64,000 bases of DNA from an uncultured Actinomycetes bacterium. Lineage in GTDB: Bacteria; Actinomycetota; UBA4738; HRBIN12. Positions 1 to 12,218 of this stretch are shown here, in pieces; the first letter of the stretch is position 1, and the number at the start of each line of letters is the position of its first letter. The DNA lies in contig CAVPIB010000004.1 in NCBI GenBank assembly GCA_963704885.1, positions 64,001-128,000 of the forward strand, read 5' to 3'. The notes under the pieces were generated by a model. It saw only the letters and a list, made by a program, of their open reading frames with translations, was not told the origin of the DNA and did not search any database. The translations under genes and the position numbers were made by a program.

Positions 1-252
1 GCGGTCGTGCTGGCGGATCGCGAGAGATACCGCCCACTCCCTTGCGTCCTGCGGATGCTGGAGGCGCTCGACGCGGCGCACACGCTGCTTCACCTGGGCG
101 GCCGTCGTCTCCGATCCATGGTGGAGGCGCTCCATCCCATCGTGATCCCCGAGGCCACGTGGTCGGCCATGGATCCCGCAAGGAGAACGCTCTTCGACGT
201 GGACGAACCGGGTGATCTTGCCCTCACGCCCACAACACTCCGAACCGAGTGA
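1..252 (+). CDS. Molybdenum cofactor guanylyltransferase (MobA-like), C-terminal part, truncated by window start
   Basis: Open frame from base 1; RPLPCV...LFDVDEPGDL resembles the MobA C-terminal FxNVNTPEDL motif. Confidence 0.55.
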   Translation, partial: AVVLADRERYRPLPCVLRMLEALDAAHTLLHLGGRRLRSMVEALHPIVIPEATWSAMDPARRTLFDVDEPGDLALTPTTLRTE

Positions 253-262
253 GTTCCATGGT

Positions 263-292
263 GTTGCCCTCGTGATCTCGGACGAGGGCAAC
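263..292. terminator. Perfect 11-bp inverted repeat (possible terminator or operator)
   Basis: GTTGCCCTCGT-N8-ACGAGGGCAAC just after the stop at 252; no U-tract. Confidence 0.45.
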
Positions 293-395
293 CTGCGGCC
301 GATATGCGCGCGCGTCGGCATGGGATAGGCTCCGAGCCGAAGAGCGGGGAGGCTCGGCCACCCGCGCATCACATCTCTCCCGGAAGGACTGTGCC

Positions 396-1712
396 ATGAA
401 GCGTCGTGTCCTGATCATGGGAGCCGCGGGCCGCGACTTCCACAACTTCAATACGGTGTACCGCGACGATCCCAACACCGAGGTCGTGGCGTTCACGGCG
501 ACCCAGATCCCATTCATCAACGACCGCATGTACCCGGCCGAGCTCGCCGGTCCGAACTATCCGGACGGCATCAAGATCCACGACGAGTCCGAGCTGACGC
601 AGCTGATCAAGCGAGAGCGCGTCGACGACGTCGTGTTCGCGTACTCGGACGTGTCGCATGTCTACGTGATGCACAAGGCGAGCGAGGCGATGGCCGCTGG
701 TGCGAACTTCCTGCTTCTGGGCGCCGATGCGACCATGCTCGACGCCGAGGTCCCGGTGGTCTCGGTCTGCGCCGTGCGCACCGGGTCCGGCAAGAGCCAG
801 ACGACGCGCGCGATAGCCGGGACCATGAAGGACGCGGGTAAGCGCGTCGTCGCGGTCCGTCACCCCATGCCCTACGGCGACCTGAACGCCCAGCGCGTGC
901 AGCGCTACGCCACTCTCGAAGACCTCGACAGCTACGACACCACGATCGAGGAGCGCGAGGAGTACGAACCGCATATCACGTCCGGAACGATCATCTACGC
1001 CGGCGTCGACTATGCGGACATCCTCGCGCAGGCACAGAGGGAGTGCGACGTGCTCCTGTGGGACGGTGGGAACAACGATCTGCCTTTCTACCGGCCCACC
1101 GTGAGCGTCGTGGTCGCCGACCCACTCCGCGCCGGGCACGAGATGACGTACTTCCCCGGCGAGACGAACTTCCGCATGGCCGACGTGATCGTGATCAACA
1201 AGGTGGACTCGGCCTCGACGGAACAGATCGGTCAGCTGGAGGACACCATCCGAGCGGTGAACCCAGGGGCGACCGTCGTGAAGGCGAACAGTCGCGTGAC
1301 GGTCGACGATGCTGGCGCGATCGCCGGGAAGCGGGTGCTCGTGGTCGAAGACGGGCCGACCCTCACGCACGGTGAGATGAAGTTCGGCGCCGGCGTCGTG
1401 GCGGCGCGCCTGAACGGAGCCGCCGAGATAGTCGACCCGCGCCCCTGGGCGGTGGGGACCATCGACGAGACGTTCCGCAAGTACGACGTGGGCCCCGTGC
1501 TGCCGGCCATGGGGTACTCGGACGGGCAGCTCGCGGAGATGGAGAAGATCATCGATGCGGCAGACGTGGACCTGGTGGTGATCGGGACCCCGATCGACCT
1601 GCGGCGCGTGATCTCCATCTCGAAGCCGGCGGTTCGCGTGCGTTACGACCTGGACGTCCTTCCAGATTCACCGCAGCTGACCGACATCTTGTCGCCCGTT
1701 CTGACGGGCTGA
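396..1712 (+). CDS. COG2403 P-loop enzyme (cyclic 2,3-DPG synthetase family), likely arginine synthetase ArcE-like
   Basis: MGAAGRDFHNFN N-terminus, RTGSGKS P-loop, TIEEREEYEPH, WDGGNND and VEDGPTLTHG motifs; followed by carbamate kinase. Confidence 0.85.
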   Translation: MKRRVLIMGAAGRDFHNFNTVYRDDPNTEVVAFTATQIPFINDRMYPAELAGPNYPDGIKIHDESELTQLIKRERVDDVVFAYSDVSHVYVMHKASEAMAAGANFLLLGADATMLDAEVPVVSVCAVRTGSGKSQTTRAIAGTMKDAGKRVVAVRHPMPYGDLNAQRVQRYATLEDLDSYDTTIEEREEYEPHITSGTIIYAGVDYADILAQAQRECDVLLWDGGNNDLPFYRPTVSVVVADPLRAGHEMTYFPGETNFRMADVIVINKVDSASTEQIGQLEDTIRAVNPGATVVKANSRVTVDDAGAIAGKRVLVVEDGPTLTHGEMKFGAGVVAARLNGAAEIVDPRPWAVGTIDETFRKYDVGPVLPAMGYSDGQLAEMEKIIDAADVDLVVIGTPIDLRRVISISKPAVRVRYDLDVLPDSPQLTDILSPVLTG

Positions 1713-1738
1713 TCCCGAACCGGAGCGAGGCGGCGATC

Positions 1739-2677
1739 GTGGAGCGGGTGGTCATCGCGCTCGGTGGCAACGCGCTGCTGCGTCGTGGCGCCGAGGACAC
1801 CTTCGACGAGATGTATCGAGCCGCCCGTTCGGCAGCTGAGCGGATCGCCGAGATCGCGGCCGCCGACTGGGAAGTCGTCGTCACCCACGGCAACGGACCG
1901 CAGGTTGGACGGATCCTCCTGCAGCAGGAGGCCGCCAAGGATGTGGTCAACCCGATGCCTTTGGACGTCTGTGGTGCGGAGAGCCAAGGACAGATCGGGT
2001 ACCTGCTGCAGGTCACGATCGGCGATGTGTTCTTCGAGCGCGGCATGGAGCGTCCGGTCGTCACGATCCTCACGCTGACGCGCGTCCGATCCCAGGACCC
2101 CGCGTTCCGCAACCCAACGAAGTTCGTCGGACCCTACTACGACGAAGTGCAGGCCAAGGAGCTCGAGACGGCACGCGGCTATGTGATGAAGGCCGACCCC
2201 CATGGTGGGTGGCGTCGGGTCGTTCCGTCTCCCAGGCCTTACTCGATCGTAGAGACCCCCGTGATCACGCGGCTGGTTGCCGACGGCGCGATCGTGATCG
2301 CGGCCGGCGGAGGAGGTGTGCCCGTGATCGAGAAGGGCCCTCGCCTGATCGGCAAGGAAGGCGTCGTGGACAAGGATCTTGCGGCTGCGATCTTGGCCCA
2401 CGAGGTCGGTGCCTCGGTGCTACTCATACTCACGGACGTGAAGAAGATCCAGCGGGGTTACGGGTCCCTTTATCCGGAGGATCTCGATCGGATCTCCGTG
2501 AGCGAGGCGAAGGCCCTCCTCAAGAAGGGTGAGTTCGGAGCGGGCTCCATGGGCCCGAAGGTCCAAGCGGCCGTGAACTTCGTGGAGGCAGGGGGCGCGC
2601 GCGCAGTGATCGCCGAACTAGATGACGCACCGGCAGCGCTTCTCGGGAACGCCGGGACCGAGCTAGTGGCCGACTGA
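1739..2677 (+). CDS. arcC: Carbamate kinase
   Basis: VIALGGNAL, VTHGNGPQVG, PTKFVGP, WRRVVPSP, GSMGPKV. Confidence 0.95.
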   Translation: MERVVIALGGNALLRRGAEDTFDEMYRAARSAAERIAEIAAADWEVVVTHGNGPQVGRILLQQEAAKDVVNPMPLDVCGAESQGQIGYLLQVTIGDVFFERGMERPVVTILTLTRVRSQDPAFRNPTKFVGPYYDEVQAKELETARGYVMKADPHGGWRRVVPSPRPYSIVETPVITRLVADGAIVIAAGGGGVPVIEKGPRLIGKEGVVDKDLAAAILAHEVGASVLLILTDVKKIQRGYGSLYPEDLDRISVSEAKALLKKGEFGAGSMGPKVQAAVNFVEAGGARAVIAELDDAPAALLGNAGTELVAD

Positions 2678-2776
2678 CTCCGGCGGGCTACGGAAGGAGC
2701 GCCGAAGTGTCGGATCGCGAGCCGGTTCGCGTTGATGTCGCACTCGAAGACCGAGCGGCCACGATCTGATCCGGGT

Positions 2777-2899
2777 TCACCTAGCCGGGTTCCTGAATAG
2801 CTGCACGGCCACGAATAGCGCGAACGCGCCGACGGCCATGACGAGGAACGCCAGCATCCCCACGAAGAACCATTCGAGGAAGCCTTGGATGGCCAGCAC
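2777..2899 (-). CDS. 40-aa single-TM small membrane protein (not in ORF track)
   Basis: GTG start, MLAIQGFLEWFFVGMLAFLVMAVGAFALFVAVQLFRNPAR; TAGGAT -10 box 6 nt before the start; GC3-rich codons. Confidence 0.65.
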   Translation of the reverse strand: MLAIQGFLEWFFVGMLAFLVMAVGAFALFVAVQLFRNPAR

Positions 2900-2997
2900 G
2901 CAGCCATCCTATCGGAGCTGCCGCCCGTGACGATCGAAGTTCCGCCGGTTCCCGGCTCCCGGCCACGTGCCCGTCGGCCGGACTATGCTGTCCCGCT

Positions 2998-3216
2998 ATG
3001 GACACACCGCGCGAAGACACGGAGAGGGAGCCACCGAAGGACGAGAACGACGAGACCAAGCCCGCAAGCGAGGTCGAGTCCTACGAATCCGAGTGGTACC
3101 AGGTCTTGAAACGGCGGGCCGAGGAACTCGAGGGGCAAACGGAGCCGGCCGAGGGCGATGGCGAAGAAGAACTCGAGGAGCAGGGCGAGGGCGAGGGCGA
3201 GGGCGCCGAGGCTTGA
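2998..3216 (+). CDS. Small highly acidic hypothetical protein (72 aa)
   Basis: TATGCT -10 box 8 nt before the ATG; core YESEWYQVLKRRAEEL flanked by E-rich tails. Confidence 0.65.
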   Translation: MDTPREDTEREPPKDENDETKPASEVESYESEWYQVLKRRAEELEGQTEPAEGDGEEELEEQGEGEGEGAEA

Positions 3217-3245
3217 GGGCCCGGCCGACCCTTGAGCATCCATCC

Positions 3246-4265
3246 ATGCGGCTGGGGATCCTGACCGGCGGCGGCGACTGTCCCGGGCTGAATGCCGCGA
3301 TCCGGGCCGTGGTCCGGTCCGGTGAAGACCGAGGGATAACGATCCTGGGGTTCCGAGACGGCTGGCGAGGGGTGCTCGACGGCCAGGCTCGCGAACTCAC
3401 CCTGGAAGACGTGAGAGGGATCCTGCCCAGGGGGGGCACCATCCTGGGCACTTCGGGAACGCAGCCCCACCTGATAGACGGCGGATCCGATCTGGTCCGA
3501 GACGCCATGGAGGTCCACGCCCTCGACGGGTTCGTCGTGATCGGAGGCGAAGGAACCATGGGGGCCACCGCGGCGATGCCCGATGTGGCGGCCGTCGGGA
3601 TCCCCAAGACGATCGACAACGACATCGGGGGAACCGACTCCAGCATCGGGTTCTGGACCGCCGCGCAGATCGCCACCGATTCGGTAGATCGCCTCTACAG
3701 CACCGCCGAGAGCCACAACCGCGTGATGGTGTGCGAGGTGATGGGTCGGAGCGCTGGTTGGATCGGACTGACCGCCGGCATGGCGGGCGGCGCCGACATC
3801 ATCCTGATCCCGGAGTATCCGTTCGACATCGAGGCCGTCTGCCGCCGTATCCGCCGGGTCCACTCCGAACGGAGGCCGTTCTCGATCGTCGTTGTCTCAG
3901 AGGGAGCCGAGCCGATCCCCGGCACCATGTCGGTGCCGGAGTACGCACTCGACGAGAACGGCTGGCCGCGGCTCGGGGGGATCGGGAGCCTGGTGGCCGA
4001 CGAGATCCATCGGCGGATCCGATCGGAGACCCGGGTGACCACGCTCGGCCACGTCCAGCGGGGTGGTTCGCCGGTCGCGTTCGACCGCGTGCTGGCCAGC
4101 CGGCTCGGCATGGCCGCTGTGGACGAGGTCCTCGCCGGCCATTGGGGGAATCTGGTCGGAGTCCGGGGTGGGGAGATCGTGACCACGCCGCTCGCCGAGG
4201 TGGGGGCTCAGCCCAGCCTGGTACCGGCCGAGCTCCAACGGATCCCCGAGATCCTCTGCACGTGA
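3246..4265 (+). CDS. pfkA: 6-phosphofructokinase, PfkA family (predicted ATP-dependent)
   Basis: [49 protein letters not shown]. Confidence 0.92.
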   Translation: MRLGILTGGGDCPGLNAAIRAVVRSGEDRGITILGFRDGWRGVLDGQARELTLEDVRGILPRGGTILGTSGTQPHLIDGGSDLVRDAMEVHALDGFVVIGGEGTMGATAAMPDVAAVGIPKTIDNDIGGTDSSIGFWTAAQIATDSVDRLYSTAESHNRVMVCEVMGRSAGWIGLTAGMAGGADIILIPEYPFDIEAVCRRIRRVHSERRPFSIVVVSEGAEPIPGTMSVPEYALDENGWPRLGGIGSLVADEIHRRIRSETRVTTLGHVQRGGSPVAFDRVLASRLGMAAVDEVLAGHWGNLVGVRGGEIVTTPLAEVGAQPSLVPAELQRIPEILCT

Positions 4266-4304
4266 CCGGCTGATAGGGCCCCTCCCCGTAGTAGCGTTCC
4301 GCGC

Positions 4305-5453
4305 GTGAAGGTAGGCATCCTGACCGGCGGGGGCGATGTCCCCGGACTGAACGCCAGCATCAAGGCGGCCACGATGCGCATGGCCTCGGATGGCCACCAG
4401 GTACTGGGCATCCGCCGCGGATGGGCCGGGATCTTGGAGACCGATCCCGATGATCCATCGACCGCTACTGCGAACACGATCACGCTGGACCCGGGCGTGG
4501 TGCGGACGATCGATCGCACGGGGGGAACGTTCCTGCACACCTCCAGGACGAACCCTGCCAAAGTTCGCGCGGCTGAGGAGCCCGCCTTCCTCGCGGGTGG
4601 TCGGCAGGACGACGGTCCGCGGGACCATACGTCGCATGCCCTGCGCGTGCTCGACCATCTGGGGCTCGATGCGCTGATCCCGATAGGCGGCGACGACACC
4701 CTTTCGTTCGCGCTGCGGTTATCGGACGAAGGGGTGCCCGTGGTGGCCATCCCCAAGACCATGGACAACGACGTCCACGGCACCGACTACTGCATCGGAT
4801 TCTCCACGGCCATCACGCGGACGGTGATCTTCATCCACCAGCTGCGCACCAGTGCGGGCTCCCACGAACGGTTGGCGGTGGTAGAGGTGTTCGGTCGATA
4901 CAGCGGGGAGACATCCCTCGTGGCGGCTTACCTCTCTGGTGTGGACCGCGCGATCATCTCGGAGGTCCCGTTCGACATCGAGAAGCTCGCGGGGTTCCTG
5001 ATGGCCGACAAGGCGTCCAACCCGAGCAGCTACGCCATGATGACGATATCCGAGGGTGCCACCTTGATAGGCGGGGAGATGGTCCAGGAGGGTCCCGAGG
5101 ACGCGTACGGCCATCGGAAGCTGGGTGGCGTGGGGCAACAGACGAGCGAGATGTTGAAGGAGATCACGGGTGACGGGATCATCTACCAGCAGATCGGCTA
5201 CCTCATGCGTTCGGGCAGCCCCGACTCGCTCGACCTCATGGTCGCCATCAACTACGCGGTCATGGCAGCGGACCTGGTGATCGAGGGAACGAACGGACGG
5301 CTGGTCGCGCTGCGGAACGGGAACTACGCCAACGTGCCGCTGGAGGTCACCCGTCAAGGTGTGAAGCGAGTCGACGTCGATTCGTTGTACGACGCGGGTC
5401 AATACCAACCGAAGATCCGCCACGTAGACGGCAAGCCGATGTTCCTGTACTAG
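4305..5453 (+). CDS. 6-phosphofructokinase, PfkA family (predicted PPi-dependent)
   Basis: [46 protein letters not shown]. Confidence 0.9.
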   Translation: MKVGILTGGGDVPGLNASIKAATMRMASDGHQVLGIRRGWAGILETDPDDPSTATANTITLDPGVVRTIDRTGGTFLHTSRTNPAKVRAAEEPAFLAGGRQDDGPRDHTSHALRVLDHLGLDALIPIGGDDTLSFALRLSDEGVPVVAIPKTMDNDVHGTDYCIGFSTAITRTVIFIHQLRTSAGSHERLAVVEVFGRYSGETSLVAAYLSGVDRAIISEVPFDIEKLAGFLMADKASNPSSYAMMTISEGATLIGGEMVQEGPEDAYGHRKLGGVGQQTSEMLKEITGDGIIYQQIGYLMRSGSPDSLDLMVAINYAVMAADLVIEGTNGRLVALRNGNYANVPLEVTRQGVKRVDVDSLYDAGQYQPKIRHVDGKPMFLY

Positions 5454-5465
5454 GCTGTCGCGACC

Positions 5466-6527
5466 GTGGCCTCCTACCGAGTCGATCTGCGTTCAGACAC
5501 CGTCACCACCCCTTCCGCAGCCATGCGCAAGGCGATGGCCGAGGCGGAGGTTGGCGACGACTGGTACGGAGACGACCCCACGGTCAACCGGCTGCAGGAT
5601 CGCGCGGCCGAGCTCACCGAGAAGGAAGCCGCCATGTTCGTGCCCACCGGCACGATGGCGAACCAGATCGGCCTTCGCTTGCATGTGACGGGCTCCGGTC
5701 ACTTGGTCGCAGCAACGGCCGGCGCGCACGTTGCGAGCACCGAGATGATGACCTCCGCGGTCCTGTCGGGCATCACCTGCCGGACAGGCGACCCCGGTCC
5801 GAAGGGATGGATGACGGCGGATCTCGCCCGCTCGCTCGTCGAGGACGAGGATCCCTACGACGTCGAGGTCGTGGATCTGCTGGCCGTCGAGAACACCATG
5901 GGTCATGCAGGCGGCACCGTGATGCCTGTTGAGGAGCTTCGGGCGATCCGCAAGGTGGCCGACGATAACGGCCTGCCGATCCACCTGGACGGTGCGCGTA
6001 TATTCAACGCCGCGGTGGCCGCCGGGGTGGACGTCAGCGAGTTCGCCCGCGAAGCGGACACGATGATGTTCTGCGTCTCGAAAGGCCTGGGAGCTCCGAT
6101 CGGATCGCTCGTGTGCGGCACGCGTGAGCACATCCGTGAGGCGCGGAGGCTCAAGATCCTGTTCGGCGGCGCCTGGCGACAGGCCGGGATCATGGCCGCC
6201 GCCGGCCTGGTCGCCCTGGAGGGCGGTCGCGAGCGTCTGCACGAGGATCACGAGCGCGCGCGGCGACTAGCCGACGGGGTGGCCGAGGTTCTTCCTGGTT
6301 CGCTCGATCCCGCAACGGTCGAAACGAACATGGTCTACGTCGACACGGACGCGGTGGGGCTGCGGTCCCTGGACGTGATCCGTCGGCTCGCGGACCTCGG
6401 CGTGGGAGCGACGCCCGTCTCCGGGAAGGTTCGGATGGTCACCCACGTTGACGTTGACGACGACGGACTGGCATTGGCTCTGGACGCCTTGCGCTCCGTC
6501 GTCGTGGACGCCGCGAAGGAGACATGA
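5466..6527 (+). CDS. ltaE: Low-specificity L-threonine aldolase
   Basis: [37 protein letters not shown] (PLP lysine), RMVTH. Confidence 0.92.
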   Translation: MASYRVDLRSDTVTTPSAAMRKAMAEAEVGDDWYGDDPTVNRLQDRAAELTEKEAAMFVPTGTMANQIGLRLHVTGSGHLVAATAGAHVASTEMMTSAVLSGITCRTGDPGPKGWMTADLARSLVEDEDPYDVEVVDLLAVENTMGHAGGTVMPVEELRAIRKVADDNGLPIHLDGARIFNAAVAAGVDVSEFAREADTMMFCVSKGLGAPIGSLVCGTREHIREARRLKILFGGAWRQAGIMAAAGLVALEGGRERLHEDHERARRLADGVAEVLPGSLDPATVETNMVYVDTDAVGLRSLDVIRRLADLGVGATPVSGKVRMVTHVDVDDDGLALALDALRSVVVDAAKET

Positions 6528-7150
6528 TGGCCTTGTTCACGAAGAACTACCCCGATGAGATCGCAGCACGGGTGCCGCCGGGTCAGCGCTTGGTCAAGAC
6601 CTGGCCGGTCCTGCACTACGGTCCGATCCCGGCGTTCGACGGTACGGACTGGGACTTGGAGGTCACGGGCCTGGTCGACAACCCGCTCACGTTGTCCTAC
6701 CAGGAGCTCCGGGCGCTCCCCAACGTGGTGGTCGGAGCGGACATGCACTGCGTGACCGGATGGAGCACCCTGGACAACACGTGGGAGGGCGTTTCATTCC
6801 GGACGCTACGGGAGATGGCCGAGCCCACGTCCGAGGCCAAGTGGGTGATCGCGCACTGCGCGCACGGGTACACCTCGAACCTGTCCTTGCAGGCTATGGA
6901 CGACGACGACGTCTTGGTCGCCTGGCGGAACAACGGTGAGGACCTGAGCGCCGAGCACGGATGGCCCCTCCGACTGGTCGTGCCCAAGCGATACGCCTGG
7001 AAGAGCGCCAAATGGCTCACCGGTCTGGAGTTCAGCGCCAAGAACAAGCGGGGGTTCTGGGAGGTGCGCGGATACCACATCCACGCTGAGCCGTTCGGCG
7101 AGGAGCGCTACAGCCACCAGGAAGGTTCGCGCGCCGAGCTGGAGCCGTGA
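6524..7150 (+). CDS. Sulfite oxidase-like molybdopterin oxidoreductase
   Basis: [46 protein letters not shown]. Confidence 0.9.
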   Translation: MMALFTKNYPDEIAARVPPGQRLVKTWPVLHYGPIPAFDGTDWDLEVTGLVDNPLTLSYQELRALPNVVVGADMHCVTGWSTLDNTWEGVSFRTLREMAEPTSEAKWVIAHCAHGYTSNLSLQAMDDDDVLVAWRNNGEDLSAEHGWPLRLVVPKRYAWKSAKWLTGLEFSAKNKRGFWEVRGYHIHAEPFGEERYSHQEGSRAELEP

Positions 7151-7935
7151 CCGAGGATCTTGACCTTCAGGCGTACCTGGCCAGGATCGGCTACACCGGC
7201 GATCTGGCCCCGACCATCGAAACGCTGACCGGCATCCACCGGGCGCACGTCCTTTCGATACCGTTCGAGAACCTGGACATCCTGCTCGGCAGGCCGATCC
7301 GGCTTGATATGGAGAGCCTCCAAGAGAAGCTGGTTCGCTTAGGGCGCGGAGGTTACTGCTTCGAGCAGAACTCGCTCTTCGCTGCCGTGATGGAACACCT
7401 CGGGTTCCAGGTCACGCGTCTGGCCGCGCGCGTCCGGATGGGCGACGAGCGCTCAACGCCTCGAACCCACATGGTCCTGGCGGTCGATATCGACGGGGCC
7501 AGGTGGCTCGCCGACGTCGGGTTCGGAGGCGACACCCTGCTCGACCCGATCGCGCTCGAAGGCGATGAGCCAGTTCGCCAGGGGGCATGGGCGTTCCGGA
7601 TGGGCTTGGAGGACGAGGTCCGCGTTCTGCGGGGCCACCGAAGCGACGGGTGGATGGACCTCTATGCATTCACGGAGGAGCCGCAGCTGCCGGTCGACTA
7701 CGAGGTTGCCAACCATTTCACGTCGACGTGGCCTCGTTCGCCCTTCGTCAGCAAGGTCGTCGTTCAGCGTTCGGGCCTGGATGAGCGGTGGATGCTGATC
7801 GATGACGAGGTAAGGGTCGAGCGTCCGGGCGGGACCGAACGCCACACGGTCGCCTCGCCCCAGGAGCTGCTCTCGGTCCTCGCGGACAGGTTCGGCCTGG
7901 TCTTCCCGGAAGGCACACGCTTCGAGCGGGCGTAG
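7147..7935 (+). CDS. nat: Arylamine N-acetyltransferase
   Basis: YLARIG, IPFENL, RGGYCFEQN, TH, DVGFG (Cys-His-Asp triad). Confidence 0.93.
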   Translation: MTEDLDLQAYLARIGYTGDLAPTIETLTGIHRAHVLSIPFENLDILLGRPIRLDMESLQEKLVRLGRGGYCFEQNSLFAAVMEHLGFQVTRLAARVRMGDERSTPRTHMVLAVDIDGARWLADVGFGGDTLLDPIALEGDEPVRQGAWAFRMGLEDEVRVLRGHRSDGWMDLYAFTEEPQLPVDYEVANHFTSTWPRSPFVSKVVVQRSGLDERWMLIDDEVRVERPGGTERHTVASPQELLSVLADRFGLVFPEGTRFERA

Positions 7936-7942
7936 GCCGAGA

Positions 7943-8772
7943 TCAGCCTGCGAGGGACCGAAGGAGGGCGATGTCCTCGGCGTGCCGTGCGGCGTCTCCG
8001 GGGGTCTCCAGCACAAGGGTGAGGTCTTCGAGCTCGGGACGGGTCACGAGCGCCCGCCATCCGTCCATCCCGATGAAGCCATCGCCGATGTCCTGGTGCC
8101 GATCTCGGCGCTCACCTCGGGGGTATAACGAGTCGTTAGCGTGGATCAAGGCAACGCGTTCGGTGAGGTCATGCTCATGCATCTCGTCGAAGAGCTCTGC
8201 GACGCCGTCAGGTGTGTCCAGACCATAGCCGGCCGCGAATAGGTGGCAGGTGTCCAGGCAGAGGCCGAGCGTCTCGACGTCAGCCGACGCGAGCAGCCGG
8301 GCGGCCTCCGCGATCGTCGAGGCGACCGCCCCGGAGGTCCCGGCCATCAATTCGACCACGACCCGGACGTGCTCGGCCTGATCGGCCGCGATCCGGAGGG
8401 TGGTCGTTGCCCGCTCGAGCGCGGCGTCGGGCTCGGATGGGCCACCGGCCCCGGCGTGAAGCACCAGCAGGTCGACGCCGAGCGCATCGCAGGCTCGAAC
8501 GGTGGAGCCGGCCAATGCCCGCGTCTTAGCGAGGAATTCTTTGTTGGGGGAGGCGATGTTCACCAGGTAGGGGGCGTGCGCGATGAGCAGGCCAAGACCG
8601 GAGGCCACCCATCCGTCGTGGAAGGCGGCGGCGTCCTCGTCCGACACGTGCGGCCCAGCCCAACCGCGGGGGTTCGAGATGAAGACCTGCGCCGCGTCCG
8701 CGCCGCGGATCCGGCATTCCTCCACCGCGCTCTCGACCCCCCCGGATCGCCGACGGACGTGCGCTCCGATCT

Positions 8773-8776
<4 letters not shown>
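7943..8776 (-). CDS. nfo: Endonuclease IV (AP endonuclease)
   Basis: IGAHV, QVFISNPRGW, HAPYLVN, CLDTCHLFAAGY, HANDS, DRH, LETP; GTG start overlaps the kinase stop (GTGA). Confidence 0.93.
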
Positions 8777-10656
<1,880 letters not shown>

Positions 10657-10733
10657 GGTCGACCTCCCTGGGGGAAGCGCTCAGGAGCACGGGAGCGCGT
10701 CCGTTGGCGATTCTACGGTGGGGAACAGGCGGG

Positions 10734-11447
10734 ATGGCTGAAGCTCCGGCAAGTGGACCTCCCGATCTGGGTGCCGCTCTCGATCGCATCGAAGCGGCCG
10801 TCGAGGGCGGGAACACAGATCTGCGGGCTCTTGGGTTCTGGCCGATCGTAGCGAGGGTGAAGCCCGATCGTGTGCTGGTCGACCGCCACGCCGACCAGAT
10901 CGGAAGGATCGACGGGATGGCTTTCCGGGCGCGCGTTCGGTTGCGGGTCCCCGTCTGGCTGGGGAACACGTCGTTGCTGATAGGGGTGGCCATCGGTCTT
11001 GGCGCGGCGATCGTCGCGCGGACGACGGCACCGACGGGGCTGGCCGGCACCCTGCTCCTGGCCGCCGGGGTCATCTGGTCGGTGGCCATCCACTGTCCCG
11101 CACACTGGGTCGTCGGTCGTCTGGTAACCATCCGCTTCACGGACTACTTCCTGGGTGGCCCTCCACCTCCCCGGCCCGGGCTGAAGACCGACTACGCAAC
11201 CTACCTCCGGGCGGATCCCGCCAGCCGCGCGTGGATGCACGCGTCGGGAGCGATCGCCACCAAGCTCGCTCCGTTCGTTGCGCTCGCCTTCTGGCCGGGG
11301 TCCGGGGCCCCGTGGTGGAGCGCGGCGGGGCTGATCGCGCTGGGGCTGATCCAGATCGCAACCGACTTCACGCTCTCCGTGAAGGTGAGCGACTGGAAGA
11401 AGTTCTCGCGCGAGCGCGCCGTGGCCCGGGCGCGGGCCGCGGGCTGA
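10734..11447 (+). CDS. Hypothetical membrane protein
   Basis: About 4 hydrophobic segments; HCPAH and WMHASGA motifs; fills the gap between the kinase and the riboswitch. Confidence 0.7.
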   Translation: MAEAPASGPPDLGAALDRIEAAVEGGNTDLRALGFWPIVARVKPDRVLVDRHADQIGRIDGMAFRARVRLRVPVWLGNTSLLIGVAIGLGAAIVARTTAPTGLAGTLLLAAGVIWSVAIHCPAHWVVGRLVTIRFTDYFLGGPPPPRPGLKTDYATYLRADPASRAWMHASGAIATKLAPFVALAFWPGSGAPWWSAAGLIALGLIQIATDFTLSVKVSDWKKFSRERAVARARAAG

Positions 11448-11473
11448 GCTCCGGCTCTATACTGCGACCGACT

Positions 11474-11566
11474 TACCGGGGAGCTCGGGAACTACCGGGC
11501 TGAGAGGCCGGCTACCGATCGTCGGCGACCCGCATACCTGAACCGGGTAATACCGGCGGAGGGAGG
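11474..11566 (+). promoter_or_regulatory. TPP (THI-box) riboswitch
   Basis: GGGGAGC...GCTGAGAG...GACCC...ACCTGAACCGGGTAATACCGGCGGAGGGAG directly before thiE; TATACT -10 at 11458-11463. Confidence 0.93.
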
Positions 11567-11570
11567 ATCG

Positions 11571-12218
11571 ATGCTCGATCCACGCAGGCTCGAGGTCTAC
11601 GTCGTCACTTCCGGAGCGTTCGGACCGGGCCGCGACCATCGGGACGTCGCGGCCGCCGCGATCGCCGGCGGGGCCACGGCGATCCAGCTCCGAGCCCCCG
11701 AGCTCCCCGACGAGGAACTGCTGGCCGCAGCGGCGGACATCGCCGATACGTGTCGCAGCGCGGGCGTGCTGTTCATCGTGAACGATCGTGTAGACGTCGC
11801 GATCGAGAGCGGGGCCGACGGGGTGCACGTTGGCCAGGACGACGACACCGCGAAGGTCCGCCGGCGGCTCGGCCCGGACGGAGCGCTCGGGGTGAGCGTA
11901 GGGACCCTCTCCGATGTTCACGAGGCGGAGCTGGCCGGGGCGGACTACCTCGGTGTCACGGTGTGGTCCACTCCGACCAAGCCCGACGCGGTACCGCGCG
12001 GGCTGGAGGGCTTCCGTGACCTGGCGCACGCGACCGCGCTCCCAGCGGTCGGGATCGGCGGCATCTTCGCCTCGAACGGTACGTTGGTCCTGGATGCGGG
12101 CGCCGCGGGGCTCGCGGTGATCTCGGCCGTCGCGGCAGCGCCGGACCCCGTCGCGGCAACGCGCGAGCTGGTCGGCGTGGTTCAGCGCTTCCGGAGTCGC
12201 GGGGAGGTGCCGTCGTGA
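11571..12218 (+). CDS. thiE: Thiamine-phosphate synthase
   Basis: IQLR, FIVNDRVDVA, ADGVHVGQDD, ADYLG, TPTK, GIGGI. Confidence 0.95.
   Translation: MLDPRRLEVYVVTSGAFGPGRDHRDVAAAAIAGGATAIQLRAPELPDEELLAAAADIADTCRSAGVLFIVNDRVDVAIESGADGVHVGQDDDTAKVRRRLGPDGALGVSVGTLSDVHEAELAGADYLGVTVWSTPTKPDAVPRGLEGFRDLAHATALPAVGIGGIFASNGTLVLDAGAAGLAVISAVAAAPDPVAATRELVGVVQRFRSRGEVPS

Noticed and set aside
296-305. GCCGATAT upstream of the ArcE-like gene as another sigma28 promoter
   Set aside because: No TCA/TCC-type -35 at the right distance; a TAGGCT -10 at 326-331 explains the promoter better
3181-3207. (GAGGGC)n short repeat
   Set aside because: Simply encodes the EGEGEG low-complexity tail
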